The translations under genes were made by a program, and so were the position numbers. The notes beneath the pieces were generated by a model, which saw only the letters and a list, made by a program, of their open reading frames with translations, had not been told where the DNA came from and ran no database searches. From the NCBI RefSeq assembly GCF_006345805.1, contig NC_043012.1, positions 15,624,001 through 15,688,000 of the forward strand: a DNA stretch of 64,000 nucleotides. The letters are read 5' to 3'. This document shows positions 40,038 through 53,022 of this stretch, piece by piece; the stretch's first letter is position 1, and each line of letters starts with the position of its first letter. Source of the DNA: Octopus sinensis. Lineage: Eukaryota.

Positions 40038-40952
40038 TTGAGTTATTCCATAAATAATGCGGTTTTTTTTAATACTTCTTTTATCTCTCAAAATTAAAAT
40101 AAACAAAGTTCTTTTCTAATCTAAAATATACTCTCCTTCATTTTTTACAATGTTCTTCCATCTATCCGGTAGACTTGCAAGGCCCCTCTTCTAAAATTCA
40201 CTTGTCCTCATGACGAAAAATACTCCTCCAGTACTGTTCTGATCTCGTCTACAGAATTCATATTTTTTCCGTCCAAATTATTTTGAAGACTGGAATAAAT
40301 GATAATCAGATGGAGCAATATCCAGCGAATATGGTGGGTGGGGCATCGTTTCCCATTCAAACTGTTCCAGCCTTTGGAATGTCATCAAAATTAAAGCCAG
40401 GTATTATCCTGATGGAAGAACACCTTTCGTCTCGAAACCAAAAATGGTTGTTTTTCTTCTAACGCAGGTGCCAATGAATGGTTGAATGACCAAATCGAAG
40501 CTTCTCTGCTAGTTACTCAACAGTTATGATGGGATTTTGTTCCAACAGAGTTTTGCAAGATGTCCTTGTTGAGCTCTGTAGATTTTCCAAGACGAGGCTG
40601 ATCTTCTAAGCTGTAGTTTCTGGCTCAGAATTTCTGGAACCACCATTGACACTGGCTTACGCTTATCTCATATACTGCATTAATATTCCTCACACTTTCT
40701 GTTGAGTTGTTGCTTTTATTGAACTCATGAAAGAAAATATACTCCTGAATATACTCCTTTGCCACTTCCATTATAGCTTTGAAAATATAACTGTTTAAAT
40801 CAAACTACACTCTTCAAAACTTGCATTAAGAATAAGGACAGGGTAAAATTACTACCTGCCTTAATAACACGTTGATGCAGGTAGTTTATCCCATCCTTCT
40901 CCAACTTTTAGTTTATGCAATTGAAAAAATGCATTATTTATGAGATAACCCA
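40038..40952 (-). mobile_element. Degenerate mariner transposon
   Basis: Imperfect TIRs (ttgagttattccataaataatgc / gcattatttatgagataacccaa); PHPPYSLDIAPSD remnant. Confidence 0.8.
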
Positions 40953-41853
40953 ATAAATAAGTAAATCTGGTGTGGCTGTGTGGTAAGAAGTTTTCTTCCC
41001 AACCACAAGGATCTGTGTTCAGTCTCACCTTGTGGCATCTTGGGCAAGTGTCTTCTATTGTAACCTTAGGCCAACCAAAGCCTTGTGAGTGGATTTGCTC
41101 TGTGTGTGCGTGTGTGTGTGTGAGCAAGTGAGCAAATTTCTATCCTTGTGATCAGAACTTCTTTTGTGATAGGTCTATGATAGGTCTGAGTTCACCTCAG
41201 TCAGGCCCTGGATAACAACTACTGTAGAACTTCTGTGTGAAAGATCAATCTGCTAAATATAGCCATCAAAACTCATAAATCACTCACTACTTCTTTCAAA
41301 GGTGGCGGGTGATACCTTAGTATATTCACAAAACCAAGTGTTTAGCTGTCATGAAGGGCTTATTCAAACCAGAAATAATCAACCAAATTTCTCTTAAACT
41401 AGACATTGAACTGTATCAAATATGAAGCATACATTAGAGTAATTAGCCTATGTTATATGCAAAAGATAGATGAAAGACCTTATGCCGCAAGACATATCCT
41501 TCTATCAAATGATAGTTATATATCAAAACTTCCATACTTCCTAAAATCTGCCAACAGTACACCTGATGGCTTGATTTTTCTTAGATGTTGTACACCTGAG
41601 CACTGTATACAGTAATTCCCCACCATATCATGGTTCACATATCATGCAATCAGTACATTGTGGTTCACCTATTGTGCACTCAGTACATCGCAGATTTTTC
41701 TGGCTAATATATGTAAATTTATATTGCGGATTCCTCAGTATATTACTGGTTTCTGAGGCTGATAGGTATTTTATATATTTTTAGATTTTATTGTCTTTTT
41801 TTGTTTCTTGAAGTTAATTTATTTGATGTGATTCTTGTTCTTGGATTGACAAT

Positions 41854-41970
41854 ATTTACAGCACTTAGGTTTCTCAAGCAGTCATCCACCTAAGTGCTAA
41901 TGAGGCCCGACACAGCTTAACTTTGGTAATCAGACAAAAACTGGTGTTTCCAACATGATATGGCCATATA
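41854..41970 (-). pseudogene. 5S rRNA pseudogene
   Basis: Reverse complement tatggccatatcatgttggaaacaccagtttttgtctgattaccaaagttaagc...tcgggcc...ttagcacttaggtggatgactgcttgagaa...gtgctgta follows the 5S consensus with many transitions. Confidence 0.85.
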
Positions 41971-42399
41971 TCATGACCCCAGTTAAACCGTCCAACCCAT
42001 GCTAGCATGGAAAATGGACGCTAAATGATGATGATGATGATGACACACACATGCACACATATACATAATCATCATTATTATCATATATATATATAAATAG
42101 ATAGATATACACATATGTACATATACATACATGCACACATTCACACACATACTTAGGTATACATATGTATAAACACCCAAGCATCTATTGAAGTGTTAAG
42201 GTTACATTATATGGGTGTGTGCATGTGTGTATATCTACATACACACACATGCATACGTGCATGCACATATATATATGTATTCATAGGTACAGGCTAATGT
42301 AGCCTCCATCTGTGCACATACACAAACACACACAAACAAACACGTACATATATGTACAGCCATCCTTCCATCCATGCATGTACACATCCATCCATCTAT

Positions 42400-42436
<37 letters not shown>

Positions 42437-43325
42437 TACATGTACATACAAAAGCTGTTACTTCTCTGTTGCTATTCCCAGTAGCTGCTGGCCAGCCAGC
42501 ACTATTATTAATAATGTTATTGTTACTGCTACTGACTGCCTCCTACAGAGTGGCTACATTACACACATTGTAACATTGTACACTAATTGACCATAAGGAG
42601 AGTCGTTAACTAAGGAAAAAGACTTGCTCCACATTATTAATTGTTTCTTACTTTCACTTTGAAATTACACAGTTTGCGTTATCTGAAGAAGGAGTGTTAT
42701 TGCTTGTTGCTGTTGTAGGTGGATATTGTCTTTTCAAATTGTTAATAAGGACATTGTTTTAAAAAGTAGTGATTTTTGTACCCCATGTAATGATAGGACC
42801 TGCATGTGGGGTCGTTGGATCAGAAATGTTAAAGAAATGGATAACTTTTTACTCTATCACTTTTCCGCAGTATTTGTTCATTTAATATTACTTTTGATTT
42901 TGTTGTCTTGTGTTGCATCTGTGTAGTTATTGTATATATAAATGCAAGTGTTTGTTTATCTAAACCATTGTTTGTTTATTTATACCAGTGTTTGTGTACT
43001 GATATACATACATATATGATTTGTTTATCGTGATCAAATACATGTGTTGTACATTAGCTGACTCTCTTCCTCCATCAAAATCAATGTTACCTGAACAGGT
43101 GCACAGCGCACCACCTGTCAGGTGTTGAAGTGATTGCAGAGCAACTTGAAATGAAATGTTAGGCAAAAGTTGAACACTCAAACATCATTTTTGTTGGGAG
43201 AGTCCATCATATATATATATATATCAATAATAATAAAGGGTAAAATTAATTAATTAACTAGTAATTAATATTTCCCTCAAGTAGAATTCGACATGAAAAA
43301 GGACCATTTTTTGGTAAACTTAAAC

Positions 43326-43479
43326 AATATTTTATAATTATGATTCGGGTTCAGCAAAGATTTGCTTTACCACATACCGAAGTTTTAGATTCTTTGGCTG
43401 CTATTTCTAAACTTCGGTATGTGGTAAAGCAAATCTTTGCTGAATGCTAATTATAATTATACTCGTAATTATAAAATAT

Positions 43480-43480
<1 letters not shown>
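43326..43480. repeat. Inverted repeat (36-bp perfect inner arms) in a (TA)n-flanked insert
   Basis: ttcagcaaagatttgctttaccacataccgaagttt / aaacttcggtatgtggtaaagcaaatctttgctgaa, plus outer 15-bp arms. Confidence 0.9.
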
Positions 43481-43511
<31 letters not shown>

Positions 43512-46500
43512 TATATATGTATATGTTTGTGTGTATGTATGTTTGTATGTGTCACTATTCTAGCACTGTAATTTCTGTCAGGGACACATTGTACTTCTGC
43601 CCATTACTCTCCAACAAGAATCATCTTAGTGATTTTACTTTGCATATGATTTCATGTCTGCCGGTCTTAACCATTACTTCTGCTTTTATGCACAACTGAA
43701 ATTCTTGCATCTATCTGCATTGTAGGCAGTAAAACCTTTTATTCTGCCAAACAAAATAAATGACTGCAGTTTTTGTTTCTATTTATTTAGGTCTGTTTGT
43801 ATTTTGCCCCTTTTAAACTTGTCTTGAGATTTATAAAAAAAAAAAGAGAAAGGGATGAAAAATAGGAAAGAAATAAAAAGAGAAAAATTACTGGTTTAGA
43901 TAAATGTTTTTGAGTTATTTGCACAAATGCTGAAATATACATATATATTTTTTTTCAACTCATTTATATCAGTTCATTTCTATTTAAATATTATTTAATT
44001 AAAACGATAAAAGTTTGAATTATTTTCATTTTTACATAAACAGCATGTGCATAAACACACATATAACCAAAATAAACACACGTGCACATATGAATACACA
44101 TTGTCTCTGTCTATCTGTCTTTCTCTCTCTCACACACACAAATTGAGATAAAAATCCAGTTTGAAATATGAAAGAGAAAGGAAACGAACTAGAAGGTATG
44201 TTACATCCAAGCTCGCAATTAAACACATTAAATGCTACATCTGTTACCTGATATTTATTGACAGGTAAAAGTAATTACTTCTATCTCACTCTCTCTTAAC
44301 CGATAAGTCAACTTTCTCAATTTTCTGTTAGGAAAAATTTGTAACACATACTTCTATAATTTCATGTCAACAGCCTTAATTAAGTTGTTAACTGTAATTG
44401 AAAGAAAATATTAAAATACAATAGAAAAGTTTATAGAAATAAAATAATAAAAAGTAAAATGAATGAGTTTAATAAAAACAAAAAAACAGTAAGAAAACAA
44501 TAGTAGTTTCTATATAAAGTAGTGAGTGCCATAGCAGGATAATTAGGGGATAGCCTCTTGTCCTACATTCTGTGGAAAGCAACCCCAACTTTCAATAAGC
44601 CTGATATACAAGGTGTGGATTTCCACTAGCTGAACAATGAACCAGCTAACAACCAACCAGCGAGTGTCTTTAATTCTGTGGCTCATCTCTTCCTATTTCA
44701 TTGGCTGCTCCTCCTGACCAACAACTGGCACTACCCAATAAATTATGTCACCTTTATACTGAGCAACTAGTATTATTTCAGTGAAATGCCTCACCTTACA
44801 CTATACCTGGATATTCTAACAAGAAAACATTTGGATAATTATTTGTTATTATTTTTCACTTGCCTTATCTGAACATTTTTGCAAAGTGGATATATTTTTT
44901 GGTTGGTGGCCTTGTATCCTTTTATTTTTCTGTTACAAATTTTTTTTTTTAATGCATTGCATTTTTCAAAATTATTTTCATATAAAAACTATTTATCTTT
45001 CTTTCTTTTCTCCTTATTTCACAATTTTATCTCATTTTTGTTTGTCTTTTTCTTTCTTCATATTCAATTACTCTCTTATTTCTTTTTTTCCATTTTTGTC
45101 TCTTATTTTATCTCTATTCTTTCTTTGTTTTTGTCATATTGACTATATCACTTCATCAATTTCTATTCATTGTCCACCTGTCTTTCTCTCCACTTCTTTA
45201 CCACACTTTCTACTTCTTGGTTTATTGAGTTTTCCAAAAACATTTAGTCAGTATTTTGAGTCACATCAACTTATGTTTTACTTGTCCACCCCAGTATTGG
45301 CTTGATATGAATCCTATACGTCAGTGATTCCTAATGTGGGGCATACACCCCCACAGGGGCTTGGAAAAATTATGATGGAGTGTGGGATCCTAATTCTTTT
45401 CTTTTTTTTTTAGTGTGACATAGAATTATGAAAATCTTTTTTTCACCGCAAACATACCACCCCCAGACTCAGTCTAGCCAAACCAATCCCTCCAGCGAAG
45501 CATATTGTGTGAAGACTGTTTGTTACAGTATAGTGCTAGTCTAACGCTCTAGTGTGGATATTTCTTTAAGGAAAGTATATAATAATGAAATATTAAAAAT
45601 AAAGTCGTTTTTTTCCAACCACTGGTGGGGCATATATTTTTCTGGAAAATTATTGTGGGGTGTTGGAGAAAATTGGTTGGAAAACACTGCTGTATATCTT
45701 TTAATTACATTGTGTTCTAATCAGGTTTTAGTGTCTTTGATGGGATCCCTTCAGAGTATTGCCCTTTGTGGAATCCCTCTCCCAGGCTGGTCTTAGCTAC
45801 CAAAAATCTTGGCTGCCACTATGGGATCGAAATAAAGGCAATCCATATTTAGTTCACATATGTATATATATGCAATGAAAAAACAGTTCTGAGTTATGCT
45901 GATACAGTTTGAATGTGTCTAGGTAGTAGTTTTTGTTTATTTGTGAATGAATATGTATGTATTGCTTATAGGTTTATTTGTGTTAGTTCAGATGTGACTT
46001 CTGGGGCTGCAGGGATGTTAGTGGTGTAGTTTTTGTAGTAAAAAAAATTATTTATATTAGTAATTTTAGTCGATAAAGTAGTTTGTTGTGAATGTAGTAT
46101 ATGTGTTGTGGATTTTGTTAGCAATGTGAGTTGTATGTTTAATGTGAGAACACGTTTTGTTGTATAACATGTGATGTTGGTGTCCTGTTGTGGTTTGGGT
46201 TGCAGTATTTCAGATGGTTTCTAGTTGATATTTATGATGTAATTGATGCCAAGCTAATAGACGAATTTTCTAACATAGATTGCTTAATGCTTTTGTATGC
46301 TGTGAGTACTTTAACCTATTGAATCCTTCATATGCTTTCGCTTGAGTATTTTTTTATGAGTTCAGTTTATATAAGTTTAGTGGTGATTGTAAAGCTTGTA
46401 GCCTATACAAGATTGTGGTGCCAGATGGTACTCCGACTGTTTGCAAATCAATATCAAAATTCTACCTGCTTCCATCTCCTGCATCTTTTTGTTTTGGATT

Positions 46501-47125
46501 TGCTCCAGCTTGGGTGGTGGTAATACTGCTTTCACAGGGCAGTGGCTGAGGAAGGAAGGATTGCTTACTAAGTTGTGGCTCATCATCATCGTTTCCAGTC
46601 TTTGTGATTTGCAGTTATCTTGTCACCAACTACCTCCATTCTGATAACTGACTTCATATGTATTTCTGTCATTAAAGGAACATGGGTGCCATCCATATCT
46701 CACATATGACACATTTTCAAGCAGTACACTTGCATTGTCACCTCTCCTGCTTAAATTAGTTGATGTGATGGAGACTGACAGAAACCCGTTGGACATTATA
46801 TATATATATATATATATATATAGGTTTGTCTGCATGTGTGCTTGTGTGTGTGCGTGTGAGCACATCTGTGTGTGTGTGTCTTTGTGCCTGTATTTGTCCC
46901 CTACTCCATGACAACCGATGTTGGTGTATTTATGTCCTTGTAAGTTAATGGTTCAGCAAAAGAGACTGATAAACTAAGTAGCAGGTTTAAAAAAAAAATA
47001 TTATAAGTACTGGGGTTGATTCACTTGACTAAAAGTTTTTGAAGTTAGTGCTCCAGTATGGCCACAATCTAAAAATTGAAACAAGATATAAGAAAAAAAA
47101 ATATATCTATATCCCACCCACTCTC

Positions 47126-47188
<63 letters not shown>

Positions 47189-47362
47189 GGCAATTTTCCT
47201 TTTTTGTCTTCCCTTTTTGGACTTTTTTTTCTATATTTTTGACGAAGAGCTCCGCTCGAAATGTTAAATCCTCTTTCTTTCCTTTCCTGACTGTCTAATA
47301 ACACTATACTTGTTTCATGTCCTCGCATTGTTGTGTTTTCTCTTTGTTCCTGTTTGGATTAT
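47189..47362 (+). mobile_element. (TA)n-flanked insert with minimal hammerhead-like motif
   Basis: 47235-47269: AUUU-UUGACGA-AGAGC-UCC-GCUC-GAAA-UG-UU-AAAU. Confidence 0.5.
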
Positions 47363-47367
47363 CTATA

Positions 47368-47437
<70 letters not shown>

Positions 47438-47519
47438 CTCAGAACTTTTTCTGACAAAGAACAAGTTCAAAACATCATACCCTGTCTTTTTCCTACCTTA
47501 AACCACTTTTTCTGAGTGT

Positions 47520-47552
<33 letters not shown>

Positions 47553-47590
47553 CACACACACACACATACATGTAAATGGTGAATATATAA

Positions 47591-47899
47591 TTCCTTTATT
47601 TGTGAATTAAGGCTACCATTGGTTTTATGCTAAGAAAAGTAGGAAAATATCCTAGTGTCCTAATAATTTTTCAAGCTGATCACATGGAGAAACATGTTTG
47701 CCTCCGTTTTGAATAACAGTCTCACTTCATTCATTGAATTTCTCGTAAACTGTTTTATTTATGCGAATTTACAAGAAATCCTATGAATAAGCAACACTGT
47801 TTTCTCCATGTGATTAGCTTTGAAACATTAAGACACTAGGATGTTTTCATGTTTTTCTTAACATGAAACCAATGGTAGCCTTAATTCATAAATAAAGAA
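47591..47899. mobile_element. Fold-back / MITE-like element with ~100 bp imperfect inverted arms
   Basis: gaattaaggctaccattgg...cacatggagaaa pairs with tttctccatgtg...ccaatggtagccttaattc. Confidence 0.7.
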
Positions 47900-48769
47900 A
47901 AAATATATGTACACACACACACACACACACACAGACACATAAACAGACACACACACACACATACACACACACATATATATATATCCGTATGTGGTCAATG
48001 CCAGCACCACCTTGACTGGCCTCTGTGCCGGTGGCATGTAAAAAGCACCAACTGATCGTGGTTGTTCCCAGCCTCCCCTGGCACCTGTGCTGGTGGCACG
48101 TAAAAAGCACCCACTACACTCCTGGAGTGGTTGGCGTTAGGAAGGGCATCCAGCTGTAGAAACACTGCCAGATCAGATTGGAGCCTGGTGCAGCCTCCTG
48201 GCTTCCCAGACCCCAGTTGAACCGTCCAACCCATGCTAGCATGGAAAACGGACGTTAAACGATGATGATGATGATGATATATATAGACTGATAGATGATT
48301 ATAACAGCTGTTATAATAAACAGCACTGTTCTCTTACCATTGAATACTGTTTTGACCTTGTCTTTGCCTATATACATTATGTGAATATGTGTGTGTGTTT
48401 CATTAAATGCGTAATTGTGTTCTAGTTTTATCTTTTACATTGTACATTTTATGCAATTTCCTATTGGTATTTTACATCTTGTTTGGAACTATAAAGTTCC
48501 CAACTTTATTTTCACCATTTCCAAACCTTCAGAGTCTCATTTTCAAAGAATTGAATATGTTTAGCTTCTTATCTTGTCTCTTCCACCCCTAGCTCTTGCA
48601 GCCTAACACCATTTTGTCATCTCTCTCTCTCCTCCCACTGCCAGCTGTATCATTGCAATCCTGCTACTCTGCCTTTTACACTCTCTTGATCTCCCCGCTC
48701 TTTTACCCTGTCTAATCCTTTCTACTATTCCACTTACATTCACCTTGTATCTTGTGGGTATGCCCTAGC

Positions 48770-48770
<1 letters not shown>

Positions 48771-48800
<30 letters not shown>

Positions 48801-49192
48801 CTCCTCCTCCTCCTCCTCCTCCTCCTTCTTCTTCTCTTCTTCTTCTTCTTCTCCTTCTTCTTCTTCTCCTTCTCCTTCTTCTCCTTCTTCTTCTCCTTCT
48901 TCTCCTTCTTCTTCTTCTTCTCCTCCTCCTTCTTCTCCTCCTCCTCCTCCTCCTCCTTCTTCTTCTCCTCCTCCTTCTTCTTCTCCTCCTCCTTCTTCTC
49001 CTCCTCCTCCTCCTTCTTCTTCTTCTTCTTCTTCTTCTCCTCCTCCTTCTTTTCTCCTCCTCCTCCTCCTTCTTCTTCTTCTTCTTCTTCTTCTTCTCCT
49101 TCTTCTTCTCCTCCTCCTCCTTCTTCTTCTTCTTCTTCTCCTTCTTCTTCTCCTCCTTCTTCTTCTTATTCTTCTTCTTCTTCTTCTTCTCT
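48771..49192. repeat. Long pyrimidine (CTT/CTC)n compound microsatellite
   Basis: About 420 bp of almost pure C/T triplets. Confidence 0.95.
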
Positions 49193-50613
49193 ATCGATTA
49201 GCCATGTATTCTCTACAGCAAGACACCTGTTTCTGTCCTATCATAGTGTAATGTCTCATCACCTAGCATGCAGCCACTTCTTTTAATACCATTCCCCCAT
49301 CTCAGTCGAGGGGGTCTTTGCCAGGCAAGTTATTTGGTGACCTTGTCAGTGCAGGTTCCACATAAAAAACACCCTGTACATTCTGGGCAGTGGTTGCCAT
49401 TAGGAAGAGCATCCAGCTGTAGAGACCGTGCCAAAGCCAACACTAGGGCTTGGTCCTGTCCTCTAGTCCACCATCTCTTTTTAAACTGTCCAACCTATTC
49501 CAGCATGGAAAACAGATGTGAAATAATGATGATGATGACGATGATGGTGATGATGATGATGGCCTTTGATGTCTGTGTGTTGTTTGCATGGTTATTTTAG
49601 CATTGTATAGCAATATTGGTATGGCCTCCATGGCTCATCTCCAATTTCTCTGATGAATTCTACAAAGTATGTAAGTGTTATCTTCCAATATTTTGTTTTG
49701 TTGTTAATGCATGGTGAGCCTACTAAAGTGTTGTATTAGTATGTCCAAAATAACAGTGAGAGTCCTGAAGTCTGCTATTTCCACTTCTATAATCGAATTT
49801 ATGGATTACATTGGTCATTTGTAGTTATTAATAAGGAGGCTTTGATTCTGGTGTTTTGTAGTATATCATTACTTTAAGTTTGTGGTCAAGTGTAAAGCAT
49901 TTTGTGTTCTGTTTTATGAGGTTTTTGATTATATGTTCATCTGGTTCATAGTTTTCATGCATTTGATTTACATAATAAATTTTATGTGTGCTCTGTGTAT
50001 TTTTATTAGGTGTATTCTCTAAGATATTTGTTATATTTATATTTGAATTCTTCTCTAGCTCAGTCTACAAGTCTGGTGGAATATTGCTTGTTAACTAACA
50101 CTTGTTTATTCTGCAGATTTCTTTCTCCGGTGCCTTGTTTGTGGAAAAGAATATAAGTGCTTTTCTAAGAAGTGATTTTCCCATGGGCATCTTATAGTTA
50201 GTGTATGGGTATTCATTCTCTCTCTGCAGATAAATGCATTTCTTGAATTTTCTGGTGTAAACCAATGTAGTATATTTATTACATTGGACATACTAGTACA
50301 ACACTCATTCATTGGCTTACCATGCATTTACAAGAAGAAAATGGCAATACTTTATATCACGCATCACAAAACAAAGTTAAATAGAAACATACTAGAGAAT
50401 AACATCTACGTACTCTACAATATTCCTTGTAGAGTCCTGAAATAAACACGCATACAAAAGGTTCTTTCACTTTCACTCTCTCATATTCATTCACAAAGCT
50501 TTGGTTGACTCAGGCTAGAGCAAAAATTACTTGTCCAAAGTACTGGAAAGTGAGGCTGAATCCTCTGCTTGTCTGTTTGAATGAGTGTATATTTCAATGT
50601 ACAAGAGTGTCTG

Positions 50614-50659
<46 letters not shown>

Positions 50660-51195
50660 GTGATGGTTGTGTGGTTAAGAAGCTTGCTTCCCAAATAAGT
50701 GGTTTCAGGTTCGGTTCCACTTTGTGCCCACTTGGGCAAGTGTTTTCTTCTTTAGCCTGGCCAACCAAAGCCTTGTGAGTAGATTTGATAGAGAGAAACT
50801 GAAAGAAGCCTGTTATACATACATATGTACATGCCTGTGTACACAGACACACACATCTCTTGACGTCACATTATAGTTTTAAATGTGTGTATTCTTCACA
50901 CAAATGGTGTCATTCATTTCCAGTCTTCTTGGAAACTGATGAGCGTTAGCACCAGGCTGTAGAAAATCTGCCCCAACAAATTCAGTGTAACTCATGCAAG
51001 CATGGATAAGTAAACATTAAAACAATGATGATCGCACACATGCACACACACCTGTGTGTGTGTGTGTTTGTTCCCTCCGGTGAGTGTGTTAAATTATAAG
51101 GCACCAAAAGAGAATGACTCTCCCCAGACACAACATAATATGCTTCAACGCACAAACTCATATAAAGAATCTTGCAAACCAAATCCCAAAACAAA

Positions 51196-51240
<45 letters not shown>

Positions 51241-52725
51241 GTCCCAAAAGTCACTAATGGGTTTCAATTTTTAATAACTTCCTTAACTTTACAAATAAAT
51301 ACATGAAATTTTGATGCAATATAAAGGACATAATGGAAATTAATATGCACAAGTCAAATTTGGCAACACCACTAAAATGGCATCGCTTAAATGGCATCGC
51401 TTAAATGGCAGCCATTTTTGGCTTTGCATGCCTGTACTCTTTCCAAAACTTGTGCCATAACATCCTTTAGAATTTCAGACCCATTCCTCTGTTTCTCTAT
51501 TGATGTTCTCCTTCAGTTGCACCAGGGCCTCCAGTTTGTTGACGTAATTAATTTAATTTTCTTTTATATGTGCTACACTGCAGCACATCAGCCAATAGAC
51601 TTCATGCTATTTACATGAACATCCCAGATTGGTGATTTGCTTCCTTGTGAGGGGTTTTGGGTACATCACAATGAGGAGACACAGCAATGGGGAAATACTG
51701 ATATCCATCATTCTCAATCATCACAAAGCAAGTTGTCTCACCTGGTCTAGGACATTTAGTGTTCTTTAGCACTCAGTATTGTCAGGAGCTCTTCCAGGAT
51801 GCTATCCTGCAGCAAATGGGTATATAAACAAAACACATACACTCTGTATGTATGACCAATAATGTCTACATTATTAGATTTTTTTTTTTTTTTCGCTTAC
51901 TCATAATCTCCAACATCTAAAACAAAGGAAATCTGAAGAATTGTTTTCAAAAAAATATACATTTTTCAAGGAGTGGTGCGATTCTGCATTAGCCCCAATA
52001 TTTCTTTCTGAAGGATAAATACTATAAGTTCTTCAGCCAAAATATTATTAAAGTGCCATACTCAGCTACCAATATTTTTGTCCAGAAATTAATAAAATCA
52101 AATCAATCTAAATTATAAACCCAGCCTTCTCACCAAAATTGTTTCCTGGAAGACATTTTCCAAGCCAAAGAATTGGTACATTGTGCCATTGTCAATATAA
52201 ATTTGACATCAGCATTCTAAATTAATTGAACAATCACTTCATTTAAAACTAAATTTTATCAACAAACCAATACTTTTAGAAATCAGAATTTCAAATTTGG
52301 TACATTATTGTGAAATCATATTTTCAATTTAAAATGAACCAAAATGTTATTTGATATTGAAGAGAAAACACTATGCTTTGCAAAATCATAAACTACAAAT
52401 AAAAAGCTATTTACCAAATTGTGTCTTGCCTACACATATCAACTCTAGTATCTCCAGAAGTTGTGACTACAAATGTATTTTGCATAAAATGAAATAAAAG
52501 TAAATATTCTACTGCATGGAAGAGAAATCTATTCTCATCTATCTATCTGTTCATCTGTCCCTTTTTCATTCATTTGTCTATTGCTCATCCACTGTCTTTT
52601 AGGTCCTTTTAGCCTAGGCCTTTATCTTTCTTGCTTCCTGCACCCATGCTCTTATTACTCATCTCTCACTCCCTCCCATCCTCCTTCCTTCTTTTTATTA
52701 ATTGCATTGTAGTATATTACTGGCA

Positions 52726-53022
52726 GTGGAGGCACATGGCCTAATGGTTAGAGCAGCGAACTCGCAGTCGAGAGATCTCAGGTTTGAATCTCAGACCGGG
52801 AGATGTGTGTGTTTATGAGCGAAACACCTAAGCTCCACGCGGCTCCGGCAGAAGGTAATGGCGAACTTCTGCTGACTCTTTCGCCACAACTTTCTCTCAC
52901 TCTTTCCTCCTGCATCTTGCAGCTCACCTGCGATGGACCGGCGTCCCATCCAGGTGGGGAACCTATATGCCAAGGAAACCGGGAAACCGGCCCTATGAGC
53001 CAGGCATGGCTTGAGAAATAAC
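52726..53022 (+). mobile_element. tRNA-headed SINE (family A), copy 2
   Basis: Homologous to 23871-24175. Confidence 0.85.

Noticed and set aside
45900-46760. Possible minus-strand coding remnant (similar case at 49620-50330)
   Set aside because: Perhaps very old LINE sequence, but there is no diagnostic motif I can support.
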